From assembly GCA_038248345.1 (NCBI GenBank), contig JBBRXO010000027.1, positions 1 through 25,734 on the forward strand: 25,734 bases of DNA, in the 5' to 3' direction. Below are positions 1 to 10,154 of this stretch, piece after piece. The stretch's first letter is position 1. The number at the start of each line of letters is the position of its first letter. This DNA is from Armatimonadota bacterium. GTDB lineage: Bacteria > Armatimonadota > Hebobacteria > CAIYQO01. The notes beneath the pieces were generated by a model. It searched no databases and was not told where the DNA came from. It saw nothing but the letters and a program-made list of their open reading frames with translations. The position numbers and the translations under genes were made by a program.

Positions 1-137
1 AAGCCAACCCGGGCTTCACCCGAGGCTATGTTAGTTTCCGTTTGAAAGCTACTGAGCCCTAGTAGCTCATAAATTGAACCGGGTTGGGGGCGAAGCTTAC
101 GTTAGTATTTACATGCTGACAACTCGGAATAGTTACG
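1..137. mobile_element. Right part of a MITE (second copy of the 17994-18310 element), truncated by the window edge
   Basis: 1-137 aligns to 18173-18310 (about 16 differences in 138 nt, manual count) and stops at the same terminal motif (aactcggaatagttacg); similarity ends right after GTTACG. Confidence 0.85.
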
Positions 138-229
138 TGCGCCACTACAACTGCATCGTAATCTCTCCGCCCTTCCTTGCCCTCGAACCAAACACCAGAA
201 AATAGTTTGTACCTTTTTTCACTATCCCA

Positions 230-258
230 TTGTGAAATTTTTCTCAATAGGATATAAT
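230..258 (+). promoter_or_regulatory. Sigma70-type promoter of the hyd operon with an overlapping Rex-like operator
   Basis: TTGTGAA-ATTT-TTCTCAA at 230-247 is one mismatch from the Rex consensus TTGTGAANNNNTTCACAA. TTGTGA (230-235) + 17 bp + TATAAT (253-258). Confidence 0.7.
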
Positions 259-345
259 GAGGGCAGTTAAGTCCTTCATACGCGTAGAGTTGCTCTGCTA
301 ATGGGAGGGTCTGGACGAAAATATGGCAGCGGGAGATGCATTGTC

Positions 346-879
346 ATGGGCACTGTGAACATAGTTACAAGTGGTGAAAAGCGCGCACCGATTGACGGAA
401 TGCGCAAATTTCAGAAGGTGAATGAGATTCTGGCCAAGTATCAATTTGATGCTACCTATCTCATCGCTATTCTGCAGCAGATACAGGCGGAGTACCGCTA
501 CCTGCCGCAGGATATCCTCACCTACGTCGCCACCGCGCTGGGGCGTTCTCCTTCCGAGATTTACGGCGTCGCCACCTTCTATTCACAGTTCTCGCTGGAG
601 CCGAAGGGCAAATATGAAATCCGCCTGTGTGACGGCACCGCCTGCCACGTGCGCCGCTCTATCCCGGTGCTGCAGGCGATACGTGAGAAGCTGAAACTGA
701 AGCCGGGCGAACAGACGACGAAAGACCTGCGCTTCAGCGTGGAGACGGTGAGTTGCCTGGGTGCCTGCGGGCTGGCCCCGGTGGTGCTCATAAATGAGAA
801 AGTTCACCCGCAAATGACGCCGGAGAGCATTGTAAAAGTTATCAACGAAATCAACAAACTGGAGGATGGCCAACAATGA
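346..879 (+). CDS. hydC: [FeFe]-hydrogenase gamma subunit (NuoE-like 2Fe-2S protein)
   Basis: NuoE motifs GVATFYSQF, CDGTACHV, CLGACGLAPV. Start placed at ATG 346 (GGGAG at 331-335); 301 and 400 are alternatives. ATGA overlap with the next gene. Confidence 0.92.
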   Translation: MGTVNIVTSGEKRAPIDGMRKFQKVNEILAKYQFDATYLIAILQQIQAEYRYLPQDILTYVATALGRSPSEIYGVATFYSQFSLEPKGKYEIRLCDGTACHVRRSIPVLQAIREKLKLKPGEQTTKDLRFSVETVSCLGACGLAPVVLINEKVHPQMTPESIVKVINEINKLEDGQQ

Positions 880-2735
880 TTGCAACACCCGAAGCATTAG
901 AGGAAAAACGCGAAGCCATCCTCGCCGACCGTGCCACTGTCACCCGCCGGGTGCTCATCTGTGCCGGTACCGGCTGCGTCGCCAACGGATCGCTGGAGGT
1001 GCTCGACCGCTTTGTCGAGTTGATCGGCAATGAACGTGCCATCTTGCAGCAAGAACCCGCCGGGCTGGAACATACCGGCTGTCACGGCTTCTGCGAGCGC
1101 GGCCCACTGGTGAAGATTGAAGGCATGGATATCCTCTACACCCGGGTACGCCCGGAGGATGTGGCGGAGATCGTCGACTTAACGCTGAAAAACGGCGTGG
1201 TGGTGGATCGACTGCTCTACAACGATCTCGACACCGGGCTAAAGTGCCGCGGTGAAAAGGAAATCCCCTTCTATAAGCTGCAGACGCGCACTTCGCTGGA
1301 TAATTGCGGCAATATCAACCCGGATAAACTGGATGATTACCTGGCGAAAGATGGCTATGCAGCACTGGCGAAGGTGCTGGACACCATGTCCCCCGAAGAG
1401 GTCTGCCGCGAAGTGACAGAATCCGGGCTGCGCGGACGGGGCGGCGGTGGCTTCCCCAGCGGACGCAAGTGGGATTTCGTACGGAACGCCCCCGGCGACA
1501 AAAAATATGTCATCGTGAATGGCGACGAAGGCGACCCCGGTGCATTTATGGATCGTTCGCTGATGGAGGGCGACCCGCACGCAGTGCTGGAAGGGATGGC
1601 TATCGCCGCCTTCGCAGTAGGTGCGGATGAGGGCATCATCTACGTGCGCGCCGAATACCCACTGGCGGTGGCGCGTATCCGCAACGCCATCAAACAGGCT
1701 ACCGAAGAAGGCCTCCTCGGCGAAGATATCCTCGGCAGTGACTTCAGCTTCACTGTGCGCGTAAAGGAAGGTGCGGGGGCGTTCGTCTGCGGTGAAGAGA
1801 CTGCGCTCATCGCCTCGGTCGAGGGGCATCGCGGTATGCCTATCTCCAAGCCGCCCTTCCCCGCTATCAGCGGACTATTCGGCAAGCCGACGCTGATTAA
1901 TAATGTAGAAACCTTTGGCAATGTACCGCTCATTCTCCGCAACGGTGCCGCCTGGTTTAACGGCATGGGCACAGAAAAAAGCAAGGGCACCAAGACCTTC
2001 GCCCTCACCGGCGAGGTAGTGAATACCGGCCTCATCGAGGTGCCGATGGGCACCACGCTACGCACCGTCATCTACGACATCGGCGGCGGTATCCGCGGCG
2101 GCAAAAAATTCAAAGCGGTACAAATCGGCGGCCCCTCCGGCGGCTGCCTCACTGAGGAACATCTGGACTTGCCGCTGGATTACGAAAGCCTCCTCGCCGT
2201 AGGCGCGATGGTGGGCAGCGGTGGCCTGGTGGTGCTGAACGAAGACACCTGTATCGTGGACATGGCGCGCTTCTTCATGAACTTCACCCAGCACGAGAGC
2301 TGCGGTAAATGCACCCTCTGCCGCGAAGGTACGCGCCGGATGCTGCAGGTATTAGAAAAGATCGTGGCAGGGCTGGGCGTTGATGAAGACCTGGAGACAC
2401 TGGCGGAGTTGGCAGTGGCGGTGAAGGACGGCTCGCTCTGCGGGCTGGGCAAAACCGCTCCCAACCCGGTGCTCTCCACCCTGAAATATTTCCATGCAGA
2501 ATATGACGCCCATGTGCATGAAGGACGCTGTCCGGCGAAGGTTTGCCAGGCCTTCAAGCGCTATGTTATTGAACCCACAGAATGCAAAGGCTGCAGTAAA
2601 TGCTCGCGCGTTTGCCCGGCTGGCGCCATCACCGGGAAGATCAAAGAACCATTCCTCATTGACCCGGAGGCCTGCGTCCGTTGTGGCGCATGCGTCTCCA
2701 GTTGTCCCTTCAACGCAATCAAGGAGGTAGCGTAA
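876..2735 (+). CDS. hydB: [FeFe]-hydrogenase beta subunit (NuoF-like, FMN/NADH-binding)
   Basis: N-terminal thioredoxin-like 2Fe-2S domain (CAGTGC...GCHGFC), SGLRGRGGGGFP, GDEGDPGAFMDR, GAGAFVCGEETAL, GGPSGG, ESCGKCTLCREG, and a C-terminal 2x[4Fe-4S] ferredoxin domain. Confidence 0.95.
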   Translation: MIATPEALEEKREAILADRATVTRRVLICAGTGCVANGSLEVLDRFVELIGNERAILQQEPAGLEHTGCHGFCERGPLVKIEGMDILYTRVRPEDVAEIVDLTLKNGVVVDRLLYNDLDTGLKCRGEKEIPFYKLQTRTSLDNCGNINPDKLDDYLAKDGYAALAKVLDTMSPEEVCREVTESGLRGRGGGGFPSGRKWDFVRNAPGDKKYVIVNGDEGDPGAFMDRSLMEGDPHAVLEGMAIAAFAVGADEGIIYVRAEYPLAVARIRNAIKQATEEGLLGEDILGSDFSFTVRVKEGAGAFVCGEETALIASVEGHRGMPISKPPFPAISGLFGKPTLINNVETFGNVPLILRNGAAWFNGMGTEKSKGTKTFALTGEVVNTGLIEVPMGTTLRTVIYDIGGGIRGGKKFKAVQIGGPSGGCLTEEHLDLPLDYESLLAVGAMVGSGGLVVLNEDTCIVDMARFFMNFTQHESCGKCTLCREGTRRMLQVLEKIVAGLGVDEDLETLAELAVAVKDGSLCGLGKTAPNPVLSTLKYFHAEYDAHVHEGRCPAKVCQAFKRYVIEPTECKGCSKCSRVCPAGAITGKIKEPFLIDPEACVRCGACVSSCPFNAIKEVA

Positions 2736-4754
2736 ATGTCGCAGATGATCGTAGACGGACGCCCCGTCGAATTTACCGATGAACGAAACATCCTCGAAGT
2801 CGTGCGCAAAGCTGGCATCGAGTTACCCACCCTCTGCTATCAGGCGCACTTAAGCTCCTTCGGCGCTTGCCGCATGTGCGTGGTGGATGCGGGCAAACGC
2901 GGTGTGGTCACCAGCTGTACCACCCCGCCGGAAGACGGGATGTCGGTGGAGACTAGCTCCCCCCGCGTGCGCAATGTGCGCAAAGTAGCGCTGGAGTTGC
3001 TCCTCGCCGCGCATGACCGCAACTGCCTCACCTGCGATAAAAGCAACAGCTGCAAATTGCAGGATTACAGCGAGCGCTACGGCGTGGACAAGGTGCGCTT
3101 CTTCAACACTACCGACGAAGTGAAGCAACCGCTGGACACCGGCAACCCGTGCCTGGTGCGTGACCCGAACAAATGCGTGCTCTGTGGTAACTGTGTGCGC
3201 GTCTGCCTGGAACATCAGGGGATGAACATCCTCGACTTCAGCCACCGCGGTTCGAAGGTGGAGGTAAGCCCGGCGTTCGGCAAGAAGCTGCACGAGGTTG
3301 ATTGCATCTATTGTGGGCAATGCGCCACCGTATGCCCCACCGGGGCCATCATGGTGAAACAGGAGATCGACAAAGTAACCAAGGCGCTGAATGACCCAGC
3401 GAAGACCGTGGTCTTCCAGGTTGCTCCCGCCGTGCGCGTGGGGCTGGGCGAGTTATTCGGGCTGGTAGCGGGCGTGAATGTGGAGGGCAAAATCGTCGCT
3501 GCACTGCGCCGCATGGGCGCGGATCGCGTCTTCGACACCAACTTCGCCGCCGATCTCACCATCATGGAGGAGGCAACCGAATTTCTCAAGCGCTTTAACA
3601 GCGGTGAAAACCTGCCTATCTTCACCAGTTGCTGTCCGGCGTGGGTGAAAGCGGCGGAGCAGAGCTACCCGGAGATCATCCCGCACCTCTCCAGTTGCCG
3701 TTCGCCACAACAGATGTTCGGCTCGGTGGCGAAAAAATATCTCACCGCCGATGGTGGGCTGGAGGCGGCGGACGTCTTCTGCGTCAGCATTATGCCATGT
3801 TCGGCGAAGAAGTTCGAGGCCGGACGCCCGGAGTTCAGCGTCGACGGCGTGCGCGATGTCGATGCCGTCATCACCACGCAGGAGCTGGCGCGCATGATCC
3901 GCGCCTATGGGCTGAGCTTCGCTAACCTGCCCGACGAAGCATTTGACCAACCCTACGGTGAATCCACCGGAGCGGCCGTCATCTTCGGCGCATCCGGCGG
4001 CGTAGCGGAGGCAGCACTGCGTACTGCCTATAAAATCCTCACCGGCAATGAGCTGGAGCTGGATATGTGGAAGACAGCAGCCCCCGGCGAAACCCACCGC
4101 GAGGCCGAGGTGGATATCAATGGCACCATCATCCGTATCGCCACGGTGAACACCATAAAGGCGGCGGATCAGCTCATCCAGCAGGCGATGTGCGGCGATA
4201 AGGAATATCACATGATCGAGGTGATGGCGTGCCCGGGCGGCTGCGTGGGCGGCGCGGGACAGCCACCACATGACACCCTGGTGCGCCGTGCCGAACGTGC
4301 ACAGGGGCTGGCAAATATCGACAAAAGCTGCCGGCACCGACAATCGCACAACAACGAGGCGGTGCAGGAGCTGTACACGCGCCACCTGGAACAACCGAAC
4401 AGCCACGCGGCCCACGATGCGCTGCATACCGAATACACCAGCCGCCGCCGCATCACCGAGAGTATCACCATCAGCGAGGGCAACGGACAGATGGATATTG
4501 CGGTATGCGTCGGCACCTGCTGCTTCCAGCAAGGCAGCTACGACACCATGCAAAAACTGAATAAACTGCTACGCGCCCACCACTTGGAAGATCAGGTAGA
4601 GGTGAAAGCCACCTTCTGCTTCGAGAACTGCCAGAAAGGCCCAAACATCGCCATAAACGGCAAACTGATCGGTGAAGCCACACCCGGTAAAGCCGAGGAG
4701 ATCTTCAACAGAGAAATCCTCCCGGAATTTGCACCGGAAGAATGTGCAAAGTAA
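2736..4754 (+). CDS. hydA: [FeFe]-hydrogenase catalytic alpha subunit (group A3) with a C-terminal thioredoxin-like 2Fe-2S domain
   Basis: H-cluster motifs TSCCPAW, MPCSAKKFE, EVMACPGGCVGGAGQP. N-terminal 2Fe-2S, His-ligated 4Fe-4S (HDRNCLTC) and two CxxCxxCxxxC motifs. C-terminal CVGTCC...CFENC. RBS AAGGAGG. Confidence 0.96.
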   Translation: MSQMIVDGRPVEFTDERNILEVVRKAGIELPTLCYQAHLSSFGACRMCVVDAGKRGVVTSCTTPPEDGMSVETSSPRVRNVRKVALELLLAAHDRNCLTCDKSNSCKLQDYSERYGVDKVRFFNTTDEVKQPLDTGNPCLVRDPNKCVLCGNCVRVCLEHQGMNILDFSHRGSKVEVSPAFGKKLHEVDCIYCGQCATVCPTGAIMVKQEIDKVTKALNDPAKTVVFQVAPAVRVGLGELFGLVAGVNVEGKIVAALRRMGADRVFDTNFAADLTIMEEATEFLKRFNSGENLPIFTSCCPAWVKAAEQSYPEIIPHLSSCRSPQQMFGSVAKKYLTADGGLEAADVFCVSIMPCSAKKFEAGRPEFSVDGVRDVDAVITTQELARMIRAYGLSFANLPDEAFDQPYGESTGAAVIFGASGGVAEAALRTAYKILTGNELELDMWKTAAPGETHREAEVDINGTIIRIATVNTIKAADQLIQQAMCGDKEYHMIEVMACPGGCVGGAGQPPHDTLVRRAERAQGLANIDKSCRHRQSHNNEAVQELYTRHLEQPNSHAAHDALHTEYTSRRRITESITISEGNGQMDIAVCVGTCCFQQGSYDTMQKLNKLLRAHHLEDQVEVKATFCFENCQKGPNIAINGKLIGEATPGKAEEIFNREILPEFAPEECAK

Positions 4755-4761
4755 AAACCAT

Positions 4762-4800
4762 AAATGCAGCATGGGCGTCCTGCTCATGCTGCATTTTTTT
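4762..4800 (+). terminator. Intrinsic terminator of the hyd operon, possibly bidirectional
   Basis: Stem aaatgcagcatgggc / gctcatgctgcattt followed by a T-run, between convergent genes. Confidence 0.85.
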
Positions 4801-4833
4801 CCTCCTGAACGTTCATCCCTGATACTGATTCCT

Positions 4834-7245
4834 TCAGATGCTTATGAAACTGGTGGCCATTTGTTTGGCCAGTTTGGCCAGTTCCTCGGGGGTGAATTCG
4901 GTATCACGGCCTTCGGTGCCGACTACGATGGCGTCTTCCTGCAGCGATATGGTGATATCTTTGCTGAGGCTGAGGTATTGCGCCATGTTGGTATCAGCGT
5001 TGGCCAGCTGGAAGTACGCGGGGGAGAACTGCTTCACTTTGATGACATTCTGCGCGTCTTTCAGATTGATATCCGTGAGCTTTTTGCCCTCCTGGACAAA
5101 GCTGCGCTGGTTGAAGTTGCGCAGCCCACGGTCGGCGGGGGGCGGGGTGTTATTGGTAGTCGCCCCTGGCACACCTGCACCACCCAGCGTTGGAGCGGCA
5201 CCTGCGGCACCTGCTTTGCCATATTCATAGCCATATGCCTGGTACCCAATAGAATCAGTTACCGCGCTGCTGTATGCCGAAGGACTCTGGTTGGCGTAGT
5301 AATTGTAATTACGGTTCTGCGCCTGCGCTATTTGATCGGCACCCTTGGTATTATCGCGATAGTCGTTCATCACCTTAGTACCCGTTGCGGTCAGGTCTTT
5401 GCTACTGCGCAACGCCAGCGGGCGGGGGGCACCGGCAACCGGTGGGTTGGTATCCAGATCCACCAGGAAGGAGGTGTACTCGGTGAGGATACCGTACTCC
5501 TTGGAGAGTTGGATGATTTCCTGCACCACTTCCGCTTTGGCACCATTCAGCCGTACCTGGTCCTCCAGGTAGCCGATTTTGCGCGTGGCCCACAGGCGCG
5601 GTACGAAATCTGCGGTAATCGCTGATGCCGGGAAGGTAGCGTCGTAAATGTAGCGCAACTCCTTGCCGTTCGCCATGCCGGAGACCGTCACCGCCGTGTG
5701 CAGCGGGGCATCCTTGATGGCATAACGCGCGGTTATCACCAGTTGTGCCCCCTGATAGATATCAGGCAATGTCTTCGGGAAGATGTCATATACGTTGGCG
5801 GTGCCCCAGTCAATCTTCAAATTGGTGAGGAGCGGCATAGAGATACGGCCATAGAAATCACTCACCTTCACCTCGATATCCTCTTTGGCACCGACATTCT
5901 GCGCGAAGCCGTTGTTGCCGTTGGCCAGCTTATCGAGGAGCTGCACGTTATAATCTTCTCCCACGCCGAAACTGAAGATACGCGCCTTGCTGAAATTGTT
6001 TTTGGTGACGTTTTTCAGGATATTATCGTCCACCTGCTCGCCCACTGTCGGCTGGCCGTCAGTGAGGAAGATCACCACCGGCAGGCCGGTTTCGGCAGCC
6101 GGACGGTCTCCCAGGTTGTTTAATGCTGCACGCAGGGCGCTATTGATATCGGTACCACCGTTGCCGCGCATGGTACTCACAGCGTCGATGGCGCGTTTTA
6201 CATTCTCGGGCGTCACCGGCTGCAGCGTCGTCTCCCAGGCACGCACGTCGCTGCTGAAGGTGATGATATTGAAGCGGTCACGCGTGTTGAGGTTGTTCAG
6301 GCAGAAATACAACGCCTTCTTCGACTGCTCGATCTTATCCCCGGCCATGCTGCCGGAGGTGTCGAAGACGAACTCCACATCCTTCGCCTGGATATCTTCC
6401 GCTTTCAGATCTACCTTGGGCGCGGCCAGCAGCATGAAGAATCCGTCGCCCTTCTGGTTGTCGCGATAACTGAGCAGGTCTATCCCCAGGTCTTTGTCAC
6501 TCACCGTGTAGTAGAGCACCAGGTCGCGATCTGGCCGGGTGTTCTTCTCCGAGTAGCTCACCAGCGCGGTGGTCTCGCTGGTTTTTTTAATGGTGACATT
6601 GTGCGAAGGCGAATAGATACTGCGGATCGGCTGCGCACTGTTGATGTTGATCTCGATCGAACATTCCTTCAACGGGGTGGCGGAGACCTTCTCAGTCTTC
6701 AACGGATACACGTATTTGATCACCCCGCCGGTCGCCCCCAGCACTTCCTGATAACTGATAGTGACGCGTTTGTCACCATTAGCAGGTATCGGGTAGACAC
6801 TGGCCGAGATGGCGCGCGTACCGCTCCACTCCAGCAACGCCGGGTCTTGTCGCTTGCGCACGATATCGGTGTAAATCTTCTTCGCTTCCTCTTTGGTGAG
6901 GATGCGGTGGGTCAGCTCCTCGTTGCCAGCGTACATGCTGAACTTGTTGATGCTGATGCCGTCCTCCAGCGGGAAGATGTACTTACCTTCCACTTCCATG
7001 TTGGCGTTGTTGTGGAACTCCTGGTCAATATCTGTGGTGGCGATCTGGTGATCAATGTTCACCTTCACCTTGTGATAGTTGACGCTGAACGCCGGTAGCA
7101 CCGGCGGTATATATATCACATGGGGGGGCATGATCGGCGGTACCCAATAGGGTGGATAGTAGGGATGCATCATACCATCCGCTGAAACACGCAAAATGCC
7201 CACCAGCAAAGCAAACACTGCGCAAATGATTCGTAAACCTTTCAT
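4834..7245 (-). CDS. Secreted VIT (vault inter-alpha-trypsin) + von Willebrand factor A domain protein
   Basis: Signal peptide MKGLRIICAVFALLVGILRVSA; VIT region (EGKYIFPL, YTDIVRKRQDPALLE); MIDAS DTSGS...GGT...FLTDG; ITIH-like LWATRKIGYL...ILTEYTSFLV. ATG 7245 follows GGAGGTGA. Confidence 0.88.
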   Translation of the reverse strand: MKGLRIICAVFALLVGILRVSADGMMHPYYPPYWVPPIMPPHVIYIPPVLPAFSVNYHKVKVNIDHQIATTDIDQEFHNNANMEVEGKYIFPLEDGISINKFSMYAGNEELTHRILTKEEAKKIYTDIVRKRQDPALLEWSGTRAISASVYPIPANGDKRVTISYQEVLGATGGVIKYVYPLKTEKVSATPLKECSIEININSAQPIRSIYSPSHNVTIKKTSETTALVSYSEKNTRPDRDLVLYYTVSDKDLGIDLLSYRDNQKGDGFFMLLAAPKVDLKAEDIQAKDVEFVFDTSGSMAGDKIEQSKKALYFCLNNLNTRDRFNIITFSSDVRAWETTLQPVTPENVKRAIDAVSTMRGNGGTDINSALRAALNNLGDRPAAETGLPVVIFLTDGQPTVGEQVDDNILKNVTKNNFSKARIFSFGVGEDYNVQLLDKLANGNNGFAQNVGAKEDIEVKVSDFYGRISMPLLTNLKIDWGTANVYDIFPKTLPDIYQGAQLVITARYAIKDAPLHTAVTVSGMANGKELRYIYDATFPASAITADFVPRLWATRKIGYLEDQVRLNGAKAEVVQEIIQLSKEYGILTEYTSFLVDLDTNPPVAGAPRPLALRSSKDLTATGTKVMNDYRDNTKGADQIAQAQNRNYNYYANQSPSAYSSAVTDSIGYQAYGYEYGKAGAAGAAPTLGGAGVPGATTNNTPPPADRGLRNFNQRSFVQEGKKLTDINLKDAQNVIKVKQFSPAYFQLANADTNMAQYLSLSKDITISLQEDAIVVGTEGRDTEFTPEELAKLAKQMATSFISI

Positions 7246-7482
7246 TTCCCTCACCTCCAACAAAATGCAGGCCGTATTACCGTCCGCTATCTATTTATAC
7301 ACCAGAAGAGCAGTGAAAGTTCCGTAATAATTGTTCGGTCTTCAACATTCTTTGTATTTTCAGCAATATTGCGAGATCGAGAAGGAATAAATGTCCAAGT
7401 CCGCATCTAAAATACACGACAAACCAGGGGAATTGCGATATAATCCCCATAGTATATTTTTACTACAAAGTCGAGATAAACG

Positions 7483-9768
7483 ATGTCTAACCGTGTACTC
7501 TGGTATAATCATCCAGCCAGTGAATTCTGCAACGGCCTGCCTATCGGTACGGGGCGCCTGGTGGCTATGGTACTGGGTTCCCCCGCTACTGAACGGGTGG
7601 CGCTGAACCATGAGTGGCTCTGGCGTGGGGTTAATCGTGAGCGCGATAATGTATCGTTGGCGCATTTGCTCCCGGCAATACGCGAGAAGCTACTGGCAGG
7701 TGAACTAGCAGAGGGCACCCGGCTAGGATTGGCCCTGGGCGGTGATGGCGGGGTAAGTGGAAAGCCCCCGCGTGTCGATCCATATCAGCCGGCTGGTGAT
7801 CTTTTCTTTCAACTTGAGCATGGTACTGCAACGAAGTATCGTCGTGAGTTGGATCTTCACCGTGGCACCATCACCATTACTTATAATGCCGATGGGGTGC
7901 GCTACCAACGCGAATATTTAGGGCACCTCACCAACGATATCATACTGATGCGTCTTAGCGCTGACAAATCCTTCAGCGGAGAATTCTGGTTAACGCGAAC
8001 TGATGACGCTGATTGCACACTAACGCACACCACCACTACCGATGCCATGATAATGGACGGGCAGTTCGCCGGTGGGCTGGCCTTCCGCGTGGCCGCGCGC
8101 TTGCTCTCCACCGATGGCAAAGCTAGCGCCTCCGCCACCCGGATGAACATCTATGGCGCCAACGAGATAATCATCGCCATAGACATGGGCACCTCGGCAA
8201 ATGGCGAAGACCCGGCAACCGAGGCAGCTAGACATCCGCTGCCGACGAGCGACTGGAATTGCTTATTATTAACACAGAAGATGCGCTATACCGAGCTTTA
8301 CGATAATTTCAGTTTGAATCTGGCATCTACCCCCACGATTGATATCCCCACTGACTTGCGCATTGAGGCGGCACGACGTGGCAGTGATGACCCCACGCTG
8401 CCGATCTTATACCTTAACTACGCGCGCTATTTGATGCTGGCTTCCACCGCTACCGCGCAACTACCGCCGAATCTGCAAGGAAAGTGGAATGAAAATGTCC
8501 ACCCGGAATGGGAATCAGATTATCATCACGATATTAACCTGCAAATGGCCTACTGGCCAGTAGAAGCCAGCCAGATGGGGTTTGCCACCCGTCCGCTCTT
8601 CGATTATCTGGAACGCTTTATCCCCCATGCGCGCAAAGCCGCCCAGGATTTGTATGGGTGCCGCGGTATCTTAATGCAACTCACCGCCGACCCGTGGGGA
8701 CGCAGCACCCCGGAGGCCTGCGGTTGGGCTACCTGGATCGGCGCGGCTCCGTGGCTGTCGCAACATTTCTGGTGGCATTATCTGTACACCCTCGATATCG
8801 ACTTCCTGCGCGACCGCGCCTACCCCTACCTGAAGGAGGTGGCGGAGTTCTACGAAGACTACCTCATCGAGGATAAGAGCGGGAAGTTACAGATCGTCCC
8901 CTCACAATCCCCGGAGAATCATATCAAGGACAGCGGGGACATCCAGGTGACCCTGTGCGTATCCGCTACCAGCGATATTACCCTGGCGCACCAGGTATTG
9001 CGCAACGCCAGCCGTGCGGCGCTGATACTGGGAGTAGACGAAGATAAATGCGATAAATGGCAAAAAATGCTGGCAAAATTGCCGCCGCTGCAAGTGGGCA
9101 AGCGTGGGCAACTGCAGGAGTGGAACGAGGATTATGACGAGGCCGAACCCGGTCACCGGCATTACTCACATCTTATCGGCCTCTTCCCCGGAGAAGAGAT
9201 CACCCCCGATACTACTCCCGAATTATGGACAGCAGCGCTTACCTCGCTGGAATATCGGCTCAAGAACGACGGCGGCCACACCGGCTGGAGTCGTGCCTGG
9301 ACCGCATGTCTCTTCGCCCGCCTGGGCATGCCGCAACGCGCCTGGGGGCATCTGATCCACCTCATCTGCGATTTTTCCACCGAGTCGCTGCTGGACCTGC
9401 ACCCGCCCCACATCTTCCAGATAGATGGGAACTTCGGCGGAGCGGCAGCGGTGCTGGAGATGCTCTTGCAAAGCGACCGGGAAGAGCTGCACCTGCTCCC
9501 CGCCCTGCCCGCCTGCTGGCCCAAAGGCAAAGTAAAAGGGATCTGTGCTCAGGGCGGCTACACTCTCAATATCGAGTGGTCCCACGGTATTTTGGAACGA
9601 GCGATGGTGAAATCGCGCACCACACGGGTCTGCCGGGTAGTCTCCAATTCCGAGCCGTGGTTCGTCACCGATGAAAATGGCCACCGCATCACTGTAGAAC
9701 ATGACGCCCGTTGCTTCTCCTTCACTATCATGGCGAATGAGCCCGTGTATATTACCGTGGGGATGTAG
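7483..9768 (+). CDS. Glycoside hydrolase family 95 (alpha-L-fucosidase-like), no signal peptide
   Basis: GH95 hallmarks LPIGTGRL, YQPAGDL, PNLQGKWN, YHHDINLQMAYW, HRHYSHL, TGWSRAW, FQIDGNFG, LLPALP. Confidence 0.92.
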   Translation: MSNRVLWYNHPASEFCNGLPIGTGRLVAMVLGSPATERVALNHEWLWRGVNRERDNVSLAHLLPAIREKLLAGELAEGTRLGLALGGDGGVSGKPPRVDPYQPAGDLFFQLEHGTATKYRRELDLHRGTITITYNADGVRYQREYLGHLTNDIILMRLSADKSFSGEFWLTRTDDADCTLTHTTTTDAMIMDGQFAGGLAFRVAARLLSTDGKASASATRMNIYGANEIIIAIDMGTSANGEDPATEAARHPLPTSDWNCLLLTQKMRYTELYDNFSLNLASTPTIDIPTDLRIEAARRGSDDPTLPILYLNYARYLMLASTATAQLPPNLQGKWNENVHPEWESDYHHDINLQMAYWPVEASQMGFATRPLFDYLERFIPHARKAAQDLYGCRGILMQLTADPWGRSTPEACGWATWIGAAPWLSQHFWWHYLYTLDIDFLRDRAYPYLKEVAEFYEDYLIEDKSGKLQIVPSQSPENHIKDSGDIQVTLCVSATSDITLAHQVLRNASRAALILGVDEDKCDKWQKMLAKLPPLQVGKRGQLQEWNEDYDEAEPGHRHYSHLIGLFPGEEITPDTTPELWTAALTSLEYRLKNDGGHTGWSRAWTACLFARLGMPQRAWGHLIHLICDFSTESLLDLHPPHIFQIDGNFGGAAAVLEMLLQSDREELHLLPALPACWPKGKVKGICAQGGYTLNIEWSHGILERAMVKSRTTRVCRVVSNSEPWFVTDENGHRITVEHDARCFSFTIMANEPVYITVGM

Positions 9769-9971
9769 GATTAGGTCTGTATGTTGTTAGGTTTGGCATC
9801 CCCCGGACCGCGGCAATCCTTACCCGTCCCCAACTGTGCTATAGACAAGCTAGTCCTATCCACTTCACATCCTCATCCATCTTTTCATCATTGATTTCGC
9901 CATTTAACGCAAAGTTGTCTCACTTACAGCACAAATGTAACACAAGTTGTACATTTACCATAGTAACGACG

Positions 9972-10000
9972 TTGACTTCCACTATTGTTGGTAGTATAAC
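9972..10000 (+). promoter_or_regulatory. Putative sigma70 promoter of exported paralog 1
   Basis: TTGACT + 17 bp + TATAAC; the context GACGTTGAC...GGTAGTATA is conserved upstream of paralog 2. Confidence 0.55.
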
Positions 10001-10154
10001 AGATACAGAAGCGCGGATGTGGGTAAGTAGATAGGGATTGATGTTCTTTATGTACAAATCGTAGTTCGTAGCTTAAATCACAACCCTCTCTGATGTTGGG
10101 GAGGAATGCTCAAGTGGACACCTGTAAGATAGGGAGTCCAGGAAGGTACATATC

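Noticed and set aside
59..247. 62-aa minus strand ORF
   Set aside because: It spans the hyd promoter and the MITE end and shows no protein-like features.
3453..4553. 366-aa minus strand ORF and the many other overlapping ORFs in the track
   Set aside because: Shadow frames of well-supported GC-rich genes.
4672..5625. 317-aa + strand ORF
   Set aside because: Antisense shadow of the VIT-vWA gene with no recognisable motifs.
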